Part shown: positions 8,339-17,501 of the stretch, piece after piece
How the letters are laid out: each line of letters begins with the position of its first letter
How positions within the stretch are numbered: the first letter of the stretch is position 1
Position numbers and translations under genes: made by a program
Notes under the pieces: generated by a model
What the model was told of the DNA's origin: nothing
Seen by the model: the letters and a program-made list of their open reading frames with translations, nothing else
Databases searched by the model: none
Source of the DNA: Polyangia bacterium
GTDB lineage: Bacteria; Myxococcota_A; Polyangia; JAAYKL01
Assembly: GCA_050287845.1 (NCBI GenBank)
Contig: JBNKCR010000064.1
Coordinates: forward strand, 1 to 29,921
Reading direction: 5' to 3'
Length of the DNA: 29,921 nt

Positions 8339-10183
8339 CTATTTTTTGAACAGCGCATTCAGATCGGCCAACGCTTCACTGCGACTCTTTTTGGGCTGAT
8401 CTTTGGACGCGGAGCCGCCGCCCCCCATATGTGGAGACATGTGACGTGGCGCTCCGCCGCTCGAGCCGGAGCGGCGAACAGGGCTGTTCATTGTTGCATC
8501 CCGTAACTTTGCCAACTCGGTATCATTGAAGATGGCCGACGCGTTTTCCCTGGCCTGTTGCAGTTCCCTGGACTCCTGCTGACGTCTGGGCACTTCCGCG
8601 CCCGCAGGTTTCAGAGACAGTGCGATGCGTCCCTTTTCCGGAATAACTTCCAGCACCCGGGCATTCACGGCTTGCCCAACCTTTACCACCTGGGAGGGTT
8701 CTTCAATAAAATCAGTGGACAACTGTGACACGTGAATCATCGCTTCAGTCGCCAGCCCTACATTCACGAACGCTCCGAACTTGGTCAGATTGGTAACAAT
8801 CCCATCCAGCGTCATCCCCGGTTTCAAATCCCGTATGGTTCGAACCATCGGGTTCAATCGTCGCTTTTTATGCAGCGGTTTCCCGGCGCCGGCGCCGGAT
8901 GAACCCCGCTTCGTTTCGTAAGCCAGCAGCATTCTTGAATCGCTGAGCGCTGCTTCCAGTCGTTTTTCGTCTATGTCTGCAGTAAATTCCCCAAGGCCAA
9001 TCGATGTCGCAGGCACTTTTGCCCATTCCACCGCGGGGCGCAACGCCCGAAACGCAAGAATCAATGCAGATGCAACCGCCGGGGGCGCTGACAGGCTCTG
9101 CCGTGCCAGAGAAATGGCCGCAGGCAGAATTCGAATGACGGTCAACCCGTCCCGGGCGTCCACCAAATCCGACACTTCGCGCAACGTATCGTTATCTGCC
9201 GCAGATACGGGCAGTACCACGGCCTGAATCTCAGTGTCCTCCAGGCACGACGTTACCGTATCCAGCAGAGAATCAGCGGGTTTCACGTCTTTGCTGTCCA
9301 GAAGTTTCCCGGTCTTATCCAGAATCGCTGCCGCCCGATTGCTCTGAGCAGAGCCGATATACACACTGAGAATTTTCTCGGCGGCGATTGACTCCACCTG
9401 CAACAATCCGACATATGCATCCCGAGCGGTCTGGATGGCCTCACGGGTGGCATCCTGATCCATCATGGAACAGACCACTTTTTCAATGCTATCGCCAACC
9501 AGCTCCGCCACCACACCTTCCAGATCCCGACTCTGTGCCGCCAGCCCCATGTCGGTCACATGAGCGCGCGCCTGTACAACGAAATTTTCGGTGGGCAACT
9601 CAATACTGATTTTCAGCACGCCAGCCCGCTCACCGCGACGCGCCCCCAGCCAGATATATTTTCTCAATTCCCGCAGAGACTCATTGGAGAATACATATGG
9701 TTCAAATTCGGATGCATCCGGATGTTCCGGCGAAACGATGGTGGATGACACGGTTCCTTTGTCCATGGCCATCGCTACACAGGCGTTCCATAACGCGAGA
9801 TGGGCATCCACGGCCTTCTCCCAGCTGGTCAGGTCAGGATATCCGGCCCGCTGGCACATTCTGCCCACCCGTTCCAACGCTGACAATTCGTGGGGAAATG
9901 CCGTTCGGGTAAATGACCTGTCGGGGAGGGTCAGCTTGCTGGCGGCCATTACCCGTTTGGTATTCCGGAAAGATTCCCGCCAGCGTTCGTACTGCTCATA
10001 GGCATCCTGCAATTTCAGAAGACTTGATGTGGCAAACGCATCCAGAACGGCGTTGTTGCTTTTCAGCAAGCCGCCAATCCCTTTGGAACGCTCAAGAAAT
10101 CGCGCCAATTTGGGTAATGCCGTCTTATCGGAAGAATCATATAAATCGCGATCAACTCGCTTTAAAATTTCAACAAAGTCCAT
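8339..10183 (-). CDS. Divergent Tex-like protein with C-terminal S1 RNA-binding domain
   Basis: S1 domain IRDLKPGMTLDGIVTNLTKFGAFVNVG...IHVSQLS...RIALSLK. Tex-like EWAKVPATSIGLGE and a YqgF-like AILDKTGKLLD segment. Confidence 0.82.
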   Translation of the reverse strand: MDFVEILKRVDRDLYDSSDKTALPKLARFLERSKGIGGLLKSNNAVLDAFATSSLLKLQDAYEQYERWRESFRNTKRVMAASKLTLPDRSFTRTAFPHELSALERVGRMCQRAGYPDLTSWEKAVDAHLALWNACVAMAMDKGTVSSTIVSPEHPDASEFEPYVFSNESLRELRKYIWLGARRGERAGVLKISIELPTENFVVQARAHVTDMGLAAQSRDLEGVVAELVGDSIEKVVCSMMDQDATREAIQTARDAYVGLLQVESIAAEKILSVYIGSAQSNRAAAILDKTGKLLDSKDVKPADSLLDTVTSCLEDTEIQAVVLPVSAADNDTLREVSDLVDARDGLTVIRILPAAISLARQSLSAPPAVASALILAFRALRPAVEWAKVPATSIGLGEFTADIDEKRLEAALSDSRMLLAYETKRGSSGAGAGKPLHKKRRLNPMVRTIRDLKPGMTLDGIVTNLTKFGAFVNVGLATEAMIHVSQLSTDFIEEPSQVVKVGQAVNARVLEVIPEKGRIALSLKPAGAEVPRRQQESRELQQARENASAIFNDTELAKLRDATMNSPVRRSGSSGGAPRHMSPHMGGGGSASKDQPKKSRSEALADLNALFKK

Positions 10184-10257
10184 ATTAACAATTTCTGTCG
10201 AGGTTAGCGTCCGGACATCGATTGTTGTCCGGCGTTTTCATCTGTTACTGAGTTCGC

Positions 10258-10818
10258 TTATTTATCGCGAACGCAGCGTGCGCGACATTGACCTACAGAA
10301 TTTAAGCCCAAATCATTTACCGCGCCAGTGGATATGCCCACAATCAGTGCATGATTTTTGCTTTTCCTGGTAGATGTCCACATTACAAGAGATTCAAGAG
10401 GGATTTTTTTTGAATTTGACACCGCCTGTGCTTCGTCCGACGACGGAAGTCGCCAATCGCTTTTTCCTGCCAATGTAAGATTCTCACAATATCGTTTGGC
10501 ATCGGGTTGACTGATATCCGCGTCATTATGCCCCCGCTGGACCCAGATTTTTCCAAGTTCAAAATAAGGTGAATCATCTTCTTCCGTATCCCGGGCCGGA
10601 GGCGCAGATTCAGCACGTGCGGCTTCTTCTGCCAGTTTGGCTCTGGCGGCCAGACGAACACACTCATCATCCAGACTGCACCCTTCATCCTCACAATCAG
10701 TGAATCCGTTTTTATCGTTGTCTTTGGCGTCCCCACAATCACCTTTTCTGGTTCCCTCAGGTGCCGACCAACAGCCGACAAGCACCAGTGAAAACAAAAC
10801 CATTGCAACTTCTCTCAT
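10258..10818 (-). CDS. Lipoprotein with a Cys/Asp-rich motif and DUF1566 (Lcl C-terminal) domain
   Basis: Lipobox LVGC, CGDAKDNDKNGFTDCEDEGC, and AKRYCENLTLAGKSDWRLPS...ARCVR typical of DUF1566. Confidence 0.82.
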   Translation of the reverse strand: MREVAMVLFSLVLVGCWSAPEGTRKGDCGDAKDNDKNGFTDCEDEGCSLDDECVRLAARAKLAEEAARAESAPPARDTEEDDSPYFELGKIWVQRGHNDADISQPDAKRYCENLTLAGKSDWRLPSSDEAQAVSNSKKIPLESLVMWTSTRKSKNHALIVGISTGAVNDLGLNSVGQCRARCVRDK

Positions 10819-10941
10819 TCACTTCTCCATACCTGGTATTGAATTGCGTCGAATCATCAACGCCTGAAAAAAAAGACTGTTTGAATATACATATACAGAT
10901 TTTAACTTCATTTCAACCGCCTACTGTGGCAAAAAAACGGA

Positions 10942-11268
10942 ATGAATTCAAAAAATGATCATCTACCGGAAGATGCGATGGACTTTTCTGAAGAAAATGT
11001 GGTTCATCTGCCGATTGATGGCACCCTGGATTTGCATACTTTTTCGCCGGCAGACGTGAAGGAACTCGTTCCGGACTATCTTACCGAATGCATGACTGCG
11101 GGCATATTTGAAGTTCGCATTGTTCATGGCAAGGGCAAGGGCGTTCTCCGTCGCATCGTGCACAGTGCCCTGGACAAACTGAACTACGTGGAATCCTACA
11201 GCACAGCCGGACATAACCGGGGAAGCTGGGGCGCCACAATTGTTCTACTTAAAAAAAACCTTCAGTGA
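10942..11268 (+). CDS. Smr/MutS2 C-terminal domain protein
   Basis: LDLH, VRIVHGKGKGVLR and GSWGATIV motifs. Confidence 0.9.
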   Translation: MNSKNDHLPEDAMDFSEENVVHLPIDGTLDLHTFSPADVKELVPDYLTECMTAGIFEVRIVHGKGKGVLRRIVHSALDKLNYVESYSTAGHNRGSWGATIVLLKKNLQ

Positions 11269-11403
11269 TTTTCCATCCCGACATTTTATCCGGTGCGCCA
11301 ATGATAAGAAATTGACAAATTTTATGGCATACGGTTGTATTTGCGCCTGCGAAGATATTGCAGAATTACAATCGATTCAAAACATTGCGGAGACACTATC
11401 ATT

Positions 11404-12651
11404 ATGACCATTCCCAAAAATCGCGTTTTCTCCGGGATTCAACCGAGTGGAGACATTCACATCGGCAACTACCTGGGGGCAGTCAAAAAATGGGTTGAAC
11501 TGACCGATACCCATGAATGCCTGTACTGCGTTGTTGATGACCATGCCATCACCGTAGATTACGATGTTGACCAGTTACCCCGACGTACTTTTGAAGGCGT
11601 GCTGACCACCATGGCATGCGGACTGGATCCTGAGAAATGTACCATTTTTGTTCAGTCCCACGTACCGGAACACACCGAACTGACCTGGCTGTTCAACACG
11701 GTGACGCCGATGGGCTCCCTTTTTCGCATGACCCAGTTCAAGGACAAAGCCCGGAATGCACTGCAGCGTTCTCTGGATACACGGCAGGGAGGCGCCCGAA
11801 AAACAGCTCTGTTCAATCTGAAAAAAATTGGCAATCAGACCCTGAAGCTCGCGGACAGACTGAAAGCCGATCTCGATGAGATTGATCCCGGCTCCGCAGC
11901 GGGACTTAAAGGGGATGCTTTTGTGGCGCTGCAGCAGAGAGTGATGCGGGTGAATGATATGATGGGCGTCCTCATGCAGCATCTGCAGGTGGGTCTGGGT
12001 GTGGCCGATGCATCGTGCGGTCTGTTTGATTACCCCGTACTGCAGGCAGCAGATATTCTGCTGTATAAAGCATCCCTGGTTCCCGTGGGCGAGGATCAGG
12101 AGCAGCACCTGGAGCTGTGTCGTGAAACCGCCGAACGGTTCAACCGAAAATTCGGCGAAATTTTCCCCATGGTACAACGAATCAAAGGCGAGGCCCCCAG
12201 AATCATGGGCCTGGATGGCAGCGCCAAAATGTCCAAAAGTCTCAATAACTACATCGGTGTACTCGACGAACTCGATGTGATTTCCAGTCGTCTCAAGCCG
12301 GCATTTACCGATCCCGGACGAATTCGCAAAGATGACCCTGGTAACCCCGATATTTGCAATATATACTCTCTTCACAGACTGTTCAGTGAAACGAATACCT
12401 GTAGTGAAATCGAAGAAGACTGCAAAAAGGGTATCATTGGATGTTTCGATTGCAAGCAGAAGCTGGCAAACACCATACATTCGTCTCTTGCGCCGGTACG
12501 GGAACGGGCCGCGCACCTGCGAGCCAATCCGAACCTGGTGCACGAGGCGCTGGCTGCCGGACGTGCCCAGGCCGGAAAACTGGCCCGGGAAACCATGACA
12601 GAAGTTCGCGAATGCATGGGAATTGGCGTCACAACGTTAAATAAGTTGTGA
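11404..12651 (+). CDS. trpS: Tryptophan--tRNA ligase with a large insertion
   Basis: FSGIQPSG, HIGN, FVQSHVPEH, YPVLQAADILLY, VPVGEDQ and KMSKS. Confidence 0.96.
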   Translation: MTIPKNRVFSGIQPSGDIHIGNYLGAVKKWVELTDTHECLYCVVDDHAITVDYDVDQLPRRTFEGVLTTMACGLDPEKCTIFVQSHVPEHTELTWLFNTVTPMGSLFRMTQFKDKARNALQRSLDTRQGGARKTALFNLKKIGNQTLKLADRLKADLDEIDPGSAAGLKGDAFVALQQRVMRVNDMMGVLMQHLQVGLGVADASCGLFDYPVLQAADILLYKASLVPVGEDQEQHLELCRETAERFNRKFGEIFPMVQRIKGEAPRIMGLDGSAKMSKSLNNYIGVLDELDVISSRLKPAFTDPGRIRKDDPGNPDICNIYSLHRLFSETNTCSEIEEDCKKGIIGCFDCKQKLANTIHSSLAPVRERAAHLRANPNLVHEALAAGRAQAGKLARETMTEVRECMGIGVTTLNKL

Positions 12652-12710
12652 ATCATGGAATTTTATTGTTAAATTGAAAAAAATCAACCTTGTTTCAGGA
12701 GATTTAAAAA

Positions 12711-13316
12711 ATGAGAAACATGATCAAACTATGGTCTCTTGTTCTCTGCATCGGCCTGTTTAATGCCTGTGAGGACTCTCAGATCCCGTCCTTCGTTTAT
12801 GGTACGGTGGAAGCGGACGGAAATGATGCGTCGGCATTTCAGGGAAACCTGGGACAATCCGGCGATTACGACGTATATGGATATTGCAAAGTGAAGGGAG
12901 GAAATCTGAATTTCGCCGTTGGTCATGCCCCTGCCGGGGAGATCAGTCGGTCATCTGTTGAGTATCCCGTGTATATCAGTATTGCTGGCGTAAAAGGGCC
13001 ACCTGTCAGGGGCGTATTTGATTTCTCGGTGACCAACACCGCCACGCCTCCCCCCAGGGACAACCCCGCCCTGTACACCACCTTCACCAATGCGAATGTC
13101 ATAACGGACGAAGATCAGTGGACGGTGACCCCTGCCACGGCGACCTGCACTGTCGAACTGTTTGCCACCCCCGCAGTGGGAGAAGTGATCTTCGAGGTGA
13201 ACAAGTCGTTTGATTACTATGTGCGTCTGGAATGCAGCCAGGTTGTCAACTCCGGTCAGAATGGCACCCGCCTCAGTGGTTTTTCGGCGGAGCTCTTTTT
13301 TGAAAACTGCTCCTGA
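12711..13316 (+). CDS. Hypothetical lipoprotein
   Basis: RBS AGGAG, signal peptide ending LFNAC, 201-aa ORF. Confidence 0.78.
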   Translation: MRNMIKLWSLVLCIGLFNACEDSQIPSFVYGTVEADGNDASAFQGNLGQSGDYDVYGYCKVKGGNLNFAVGHAPAGEISRSSVEYPVYISIAGVKGPPVRGVFDFSVTNTATPPPRDNPALYTTFTNANVITDEDQWTVTPATATCTVELFATPAVGEVIFEVNKSFDYYVRLECSQVVNSGQNGTRLSGFSAELFFENCS

Positions 13317-13351
13317 AAATCAGGCGCAGGTCTTTCGGGCGGTACAGCCGT

Positions 13352-14188
13352 CTATCCCACTCTCAACTCTCGAAGCAATTTGCCAATGGGCCGGGCACGA
13401 AGCGGTCGCTCAAGCACCTGGGCGGCCCCGCAACCTCTGGCCTTGCGCACAACGTCCGGCACAAATAAACTGCTGGTGGCAATGAGTCGTACCGTGGCAA
13501 GTGCGTCGCTGGAACTCAGACTTCGAAGGGTGGCAAATCCATCTGCCCCCGGAAGAAAAATGTCCATAATAATCATCTGAGGCTGCAGCTCCCCGGCCAT
13601 TACCAGTAAATCGGTCAGACTTTTCACGATATACCCGCGGATACCGGTGCCTTGCCCCGTCACGTTGCCGAAAATTTCCAGCGTCGCCGGGTCATCATCC
13701 GCCAGAATCACCGCCCGCTCCTGCTCCTTTTTTAAAAGGGGACGGCCGCTCCCCCCTCTGCGGAATTGCCGCTTATACTGAGTGGCAGAACTCCGCACCA
13801 CCCGTGCTTCGGACCCTTCGGAATCGATGAGCGTCAGCGCCTGGTCGTTGTTCGGCAACACAATCTGTTCTGAAAGAAATCGCAGAAAACCAATCTCATC
13901 CCCCAGAATAGAAAGGGCGTCGTCCGCCGTGAGATATCCGGACGCCACATGACAAAGCAGCGATACATCTATGCTGAGGGTCTGCGAAAGAGACAGCAGC
14001 CTTGCCGCGTCGTCCATGGCAATCTGACCATGCTTCCAGCGACTGGTCCGGGCATTTTCCAGCCCGACCATCCTCCCCAGGGCAGCATCGGAAAGCGGTT
14101 CTTCGATATACAGTCCATCTGCCACCTTCCGCACCAGTTGAAACAACTCCCGGCTGGCTGGAAACACCGGTGTTTTTTTATCTTTCAT
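13352..14188 (-). CDS. Regulator with N-terminal XRE-like HTH and C-terminal receiver domain
   Basis: SDAALGRMVGLENARTSRWKHG...LLSLSQTLSID (HTH-like), then VILADDD, IIMDIFLPGADG, ATS and LERP (REC). Confidence 0.82.
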   Translation of the reverse strand: MKDKKTPVFPASRELFQLVRKVADGLYIEEPLSDAALGRMVGLENARTSRWKHGQIAMDDAARLLSLSQTLSIDVSLLCHVASGYLTADDALSILGDEIGFLRFLSEQIVLPNNDQALTLIDSEGSEARVVRSSATQYKRQFRRGGSGRPLLKKEQERAVILADDDPATLEIFGNVTGQGTGIRGYIVKSLTDLLVMAGELQPQMIIMDIFLPGADGFATLRSLSSSDALATVRLIATSSLFVPDVVRKARGCGAAQVLERPLRARPIGKLLRELRVG

Positions 14189-14412
14189 TTAAGCTCCAAT
14201 CGCCAGCTGCGCTTTTCAGGTCAACGGAATGATTCATCCGGACAACCGCGCACCCGGAAAATCCTATCTACCCGAAGAACCATTGAAAAGTAAAATCCCC
14301 CCCGTATTTATTTTGCCGTCCATGGGGCACCGATATTTCGGGAAGTGCGGTGCGGCACATACAAATTCACTTTTCTGGTATTCACAGGAGGTTGCGTTTA
14401 CAATTTCGTTCC

Positions 14413-15627
14413 ATGAATCGCACTTTTTCATTTGGTCTGGTGGGACGGGTGGTGATTGCGCTGTCGCTGGTGTTTGCCCTGCTCATCCTCCTCAACGAGC
14501 TGACAATGACGTCCGTCATCAGATTGTCACTGGAGCGCGCGGATTCTCCCCTGGTCAATGATACCGTGGCCCGGAAACAGGCATTTATTACGCACATCCG
14601 GAAGCCGGTCATTCTGTACTCCATCACCGCTGCGGTGTTGTCGCTGGCAATCGCTTCGCTGGCCATTCATCGCATTGTCATCCGCCCCATTCGCTACATT
14701 ACGAGGGCGCTGGACGATGTGGCCCACGGCAAAACCAGCACTCGCGTGAACGTGAACGGCGCCACGGAACTGATTCTGCTATCCGGCAATTTCAACCGGA
14801 TGATTGATACCATTCAACGGCAAAAAACAGATTTGGAAAGCCAGCTCTCGCAACTGGTACAGACCACAGAAAACCTGAAAGCGACCCAGAATGATTTGAT
14901 TCGCGCCGCCCGTCTCGCATCCGTTGGTACGCTGGCATCGGGGGTTGCGCACGAAATTGGAAATCCCATTGCGGGCATCCTGGGGCTTCTGGATGCCCTC
15001 GATAACGAAACCAACCCGGAGACTGCCAAATCTTATCGGTTGCTCATTCGGAAAGAAATTCAACGAATCGACAACATCATCCGCGATTTGCTCAACTATG
15101 CCAGACCCACCGTTTCCGATTCGGACCGGGTATCGGATTTTCGCGAGGTGCTGCGTCATGTGACCGATTTGGTCCGCGTGCAAAAAAACTTTGAACACAT
15201 CCAGCTGCAGTTGCCGCCATCCGATTCACTCCCGCAGCTGGCCATGGCGCCGGACGATTTAACGGTGGTGATGATAAACCTGCTGCTGAACGCGGCGCAG
15301 GCCATGCAGGGAAAGGGGCAGATTCATATCGAATGTGAAACGGCTCCGAAGCCCCCGCCCGGCGCCGGAAGTCTGATTATTCACGTGAAGGACAATGGTC
15401 CCGGCGTCCCGTCTGAAATTGCCGACCAGATATTTGACCCCTTTTTCACCAACCGCATCGCCGGTGGGGGCACCGGGCTTGGACTGGCCATCTGCATGAG
15501 TGTCTGTGAACGAAATAGCGCCCATATTGAATTGTGTCCGGACAGCGGTTCGAATGATGGCGCACACTTCAAGGTAACGGTACCTGTCGTGAACGACTTT
15601 CCCTACCGCAACCACAACATGCGATAA
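14413..15627 (+). CDS. Membrane sensor histidine kinase (2 TM, HAMP, HisKA, HATPase)
   Basis: GVAHEIGNP (H box), NLLLNA, DNGPG, IFDPFFT and GTGLGL. Start is 14413 or the upstream GTG at 14350. Confidence 0.93.
   Translation: MNRTFSFGLVGRVVIALSLVFALLILLNELTMTSVIRLSLERADSPLVNDTVARKQAFITHIRKPVILYSITAAVLSLAIASLAIHRIVIRPIRYITRALDDVAHGKTSTRVNVNGATELILLSGNFNRMIDTIQRQKTDLESQLSQLVQTTENLKATQNDLIRAARLASVGTLASGVAHEIGNPIAGILGLLDALDNETNPETAKSYRLLIRKEIQRIDNIIRDLLNYARPTVSDSDRVSDFREVLRHVTDLVRVQKNFEHIQLQLPPSDSLPQLAMAPDDLTVVMINLLLNAAQAMQGKGQIHIECETAPKPPPGAGSLIIHVKDNGPGVPSEIADQIFDPFFTNRIAGGGTGLGLAICMSVCERNSAHIELCPDSGSNDGAHFKVTVPVVNDFPYRNHNMR
15498..15627 (+). repeat. 130-bp direct repeat, copy 1 (3' end of the histidine kinase)
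   Basis: 11 mismatches against 18636-18765. Confidence 0.95.
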
Positions 15628-15659
15628 TATCTGAAAAATCCTGCGTTTTCCGCGTTGAG

Positions 15660-17501
15660 TCAGAGGGGTTTAACGATACGTCTCAATCCAGATGAGCCTG
15701 GCGAACCATCTCCCAGCGTACCCCAATATACATTGTCACCTTCAATTTGCAGGAATCTGGGATTGCTCTGGTCAGCAGCGATTTCGAGTGGTCCACCGGG
15801 GCATCCACCGGCAGCACACATCCAGACAGAGCCCGCATCACCATCGTACAGCCAGAATACCTCGCCTTCCGGAGACACCTCCATTTCCACCACGGTCTCG
15901 CTGTTGTCGATGCTGACGTAATCGGCGACATCACTGCATCCTGAGGAAATGGTGCAGGTTCGAATCAGCGTATTCTCAGACGGACCTACCATCCCCTTGA
16001 ATATGTAATAGATGACATCGCCTGATATTTCCAAATCGATCACACCGGAATACGGCATCAACTCCTCTGGCGTGCAACTGTCTGCGGAAAGGTCGCAGTA
16101 GACAAAATCCGTGGGGGCATCGGTATAGATTGGATAGAACACCACCGCATCTCCTGCTGCATCGAATGGAGCCTTCCCATAAACGGACGCCAGACTGCAG
16201 CTGTTGCCAGCAAAATCCAGGCATTGTATCTTGTCGGCGACGTATTCGGGAATCCCATAGGAGTTGCGGTGATAAATCAGTTTATTGTCTGCTATCAGGG
16301 GAGCGTCAACACTGTCCACCATATTTCCGGTGGCCATATCTTCAGGGGAACAGCTGGCAAGCTCGCAGGATGTGATGGCGCTGCGACCGGAATCACTTTG
16401 TCCCAGCCACGCCAGGTACCCACTGCCAGCGGTCAGCTGCAGCGCTGTATCGTCATTCCAGATCTGCTGTGGCGTGAGAGTACATCCCGCGAGGGGACAC
16501 ATTTTGATGGCGTTGCCATCGCTGAAGTACACACCATTTTCATCCACCGCCACGCCGCCATTCACATCGACAGCGGACAGTGTGACTTCTGCCACTGAAC
16601 AGAGGCCCGCATCACACGACGATCGCAGACCGCAGTCGTGGTCACAGCCACCACAATGGGAATTGTCCGAGGCAACGTCCACGCACGCGTCTCCACATAA
16701 CGTCAGCGACCCACAATCCATATCACATTGCCCTGCCACGCATACGGCACTGCCGTCCGAGGGAACTGGGCAGGCGATACAGTTGCTGCCACAGGCTTCG
16801 GCGTTGGTGTCACTGGTGCATCCGGTCTGAGCACACCAATGCATCCCAGTGTCGCATTCGGTGTCCAGGCCGGTATCGCTGCCTGTGTCAGAGTCCCACA
16901 GGGACGTATCCGTGTCAGAGGAGTCCCACAGGGACGTATCCGTGTCAGAGGGCGTGGTATCGCTATCACTGGCGGTGTCAGAAGCCGATCCTGTGTCTGT
17001 TTCGGTCTCACTGCTGTCCGTGGATGTCTGGGTATCGCCATCTGACGCCGTATCGGACCCAGTGGCACTGTCACCGCTACTGTCGTCACTGTCACTGTCA
17101 CTGTCACTGTCACTGTCCCACGAAGACGTATTCGTGTCCGGGGGCATGGTATCACTATCGCCGGTGGTGTCTGAAGCCGATCCCGTATCCACTTCTGTCC
17201 CACTGCTGTCCGTGGATGTCCGGGTATCGCCGTTTGATGTCGTATCGGTGGGGACATCTGTAACAGTGGTCGAGTCGGTTGCTTCATCAGTGGTTGGATT
17301 GGTTGCAGAATCATGAGTTCCCGCTGTGTTGGAATCGCTGATTTGCCCAGATGATGAATCCCTGTGTGAGTCCCGGTTTGTGTCTGTGTCTATTTCATAA
17401 TGATCCACTATGGCCTGGCATCCCCAAACGCCTGTGAGAAGCAGGGCGAACCAGAGGTATCCGGCAAGGTAAGCTATTGAATTGGTTGGTATCGCGCGCA
17501 T
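15660..17501 (-). CDS. Lipoprotein: D/T/S-rich linker, myxobacterial-type Cys-rich repeats, probable beta-propeller C-terminus
   Basis: Lipobox VWGC, an internal ~42-aa repeat offset by 192 nt, CGDACVDVASDNSHCGGC, and repeated VYF/VYW strands with CxxxxC. The ATG abuts the upstream TAA. Confidence 0.85.
   Translation of the reverse strand: MRAIPTNSIAYLAGYLWFALLLTGVWGCQAIVDHYEIDTDTNRDSHRDSSSGQISDSNTAGTHDSATNPTTDEATDSTTVTDVPTDTTSNGDTRTSTDSSGTEVDTGSASDTTGDSDTMPPDTNTSSWDSDSDSDSDSDDSSGDSATGSDTASDGDTQTSTDSSETETDTGSASDTASDSDTTPSDTDTSLWDSSDTDTSLWDSDTGSDTGLDTECDTGMHWCAQTGCTSDTNAEACGSNCIACPVPSDGSAVCVAGQCDMDCGSLTLCGDACVDVASDNSHCGGCDHDCGLRSSCDAGLCSVAEVTLSAVDVNGGVAVDENGVYFSDGNAIKMCPLAGCTLTPQQIWNDDTALQLTAGSGYLAWLGQSDSGRSAITSCELASCSPEDMATGNMVDSVDAPLIADNKLIYHRNSYGIPEYVADKIQCLDFAGNSCSLASVYGKAPFDAAGDAVVFYPIYTDAPTDFVYCDLSADSCTPEELMPYSGVIDLEISGDVIYYIFKGMVGPSENTLIRTCTISSGCSDVADYVSIDNSETVVEMEVSPEGEVFWLYDGDAGSVWMCAAGGCPGGPLEIAADQSNPRFLQIEGDNVYWGTLGDGSPGSSGLRRIVKPL

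Noticed and set aside
10877..10898. E. coli-type LexA box upstream of smr (CTGT...ACAG)
   Set aside because: The spacer is 14 nt rather than 8, and similarity to the dnaE2 palindrome is limited to a short AT-rich word.
11312..11340. sigma70 promoter for trpS
   Set aside because: TTGACA is perfect, but there is no convincing -10 at 16-18 nt.
11749..12018. Intein or intron in trpS
   Set aside because: No intein terminal residues, no endonuclease motifs, and no stops or group I/II intron features.
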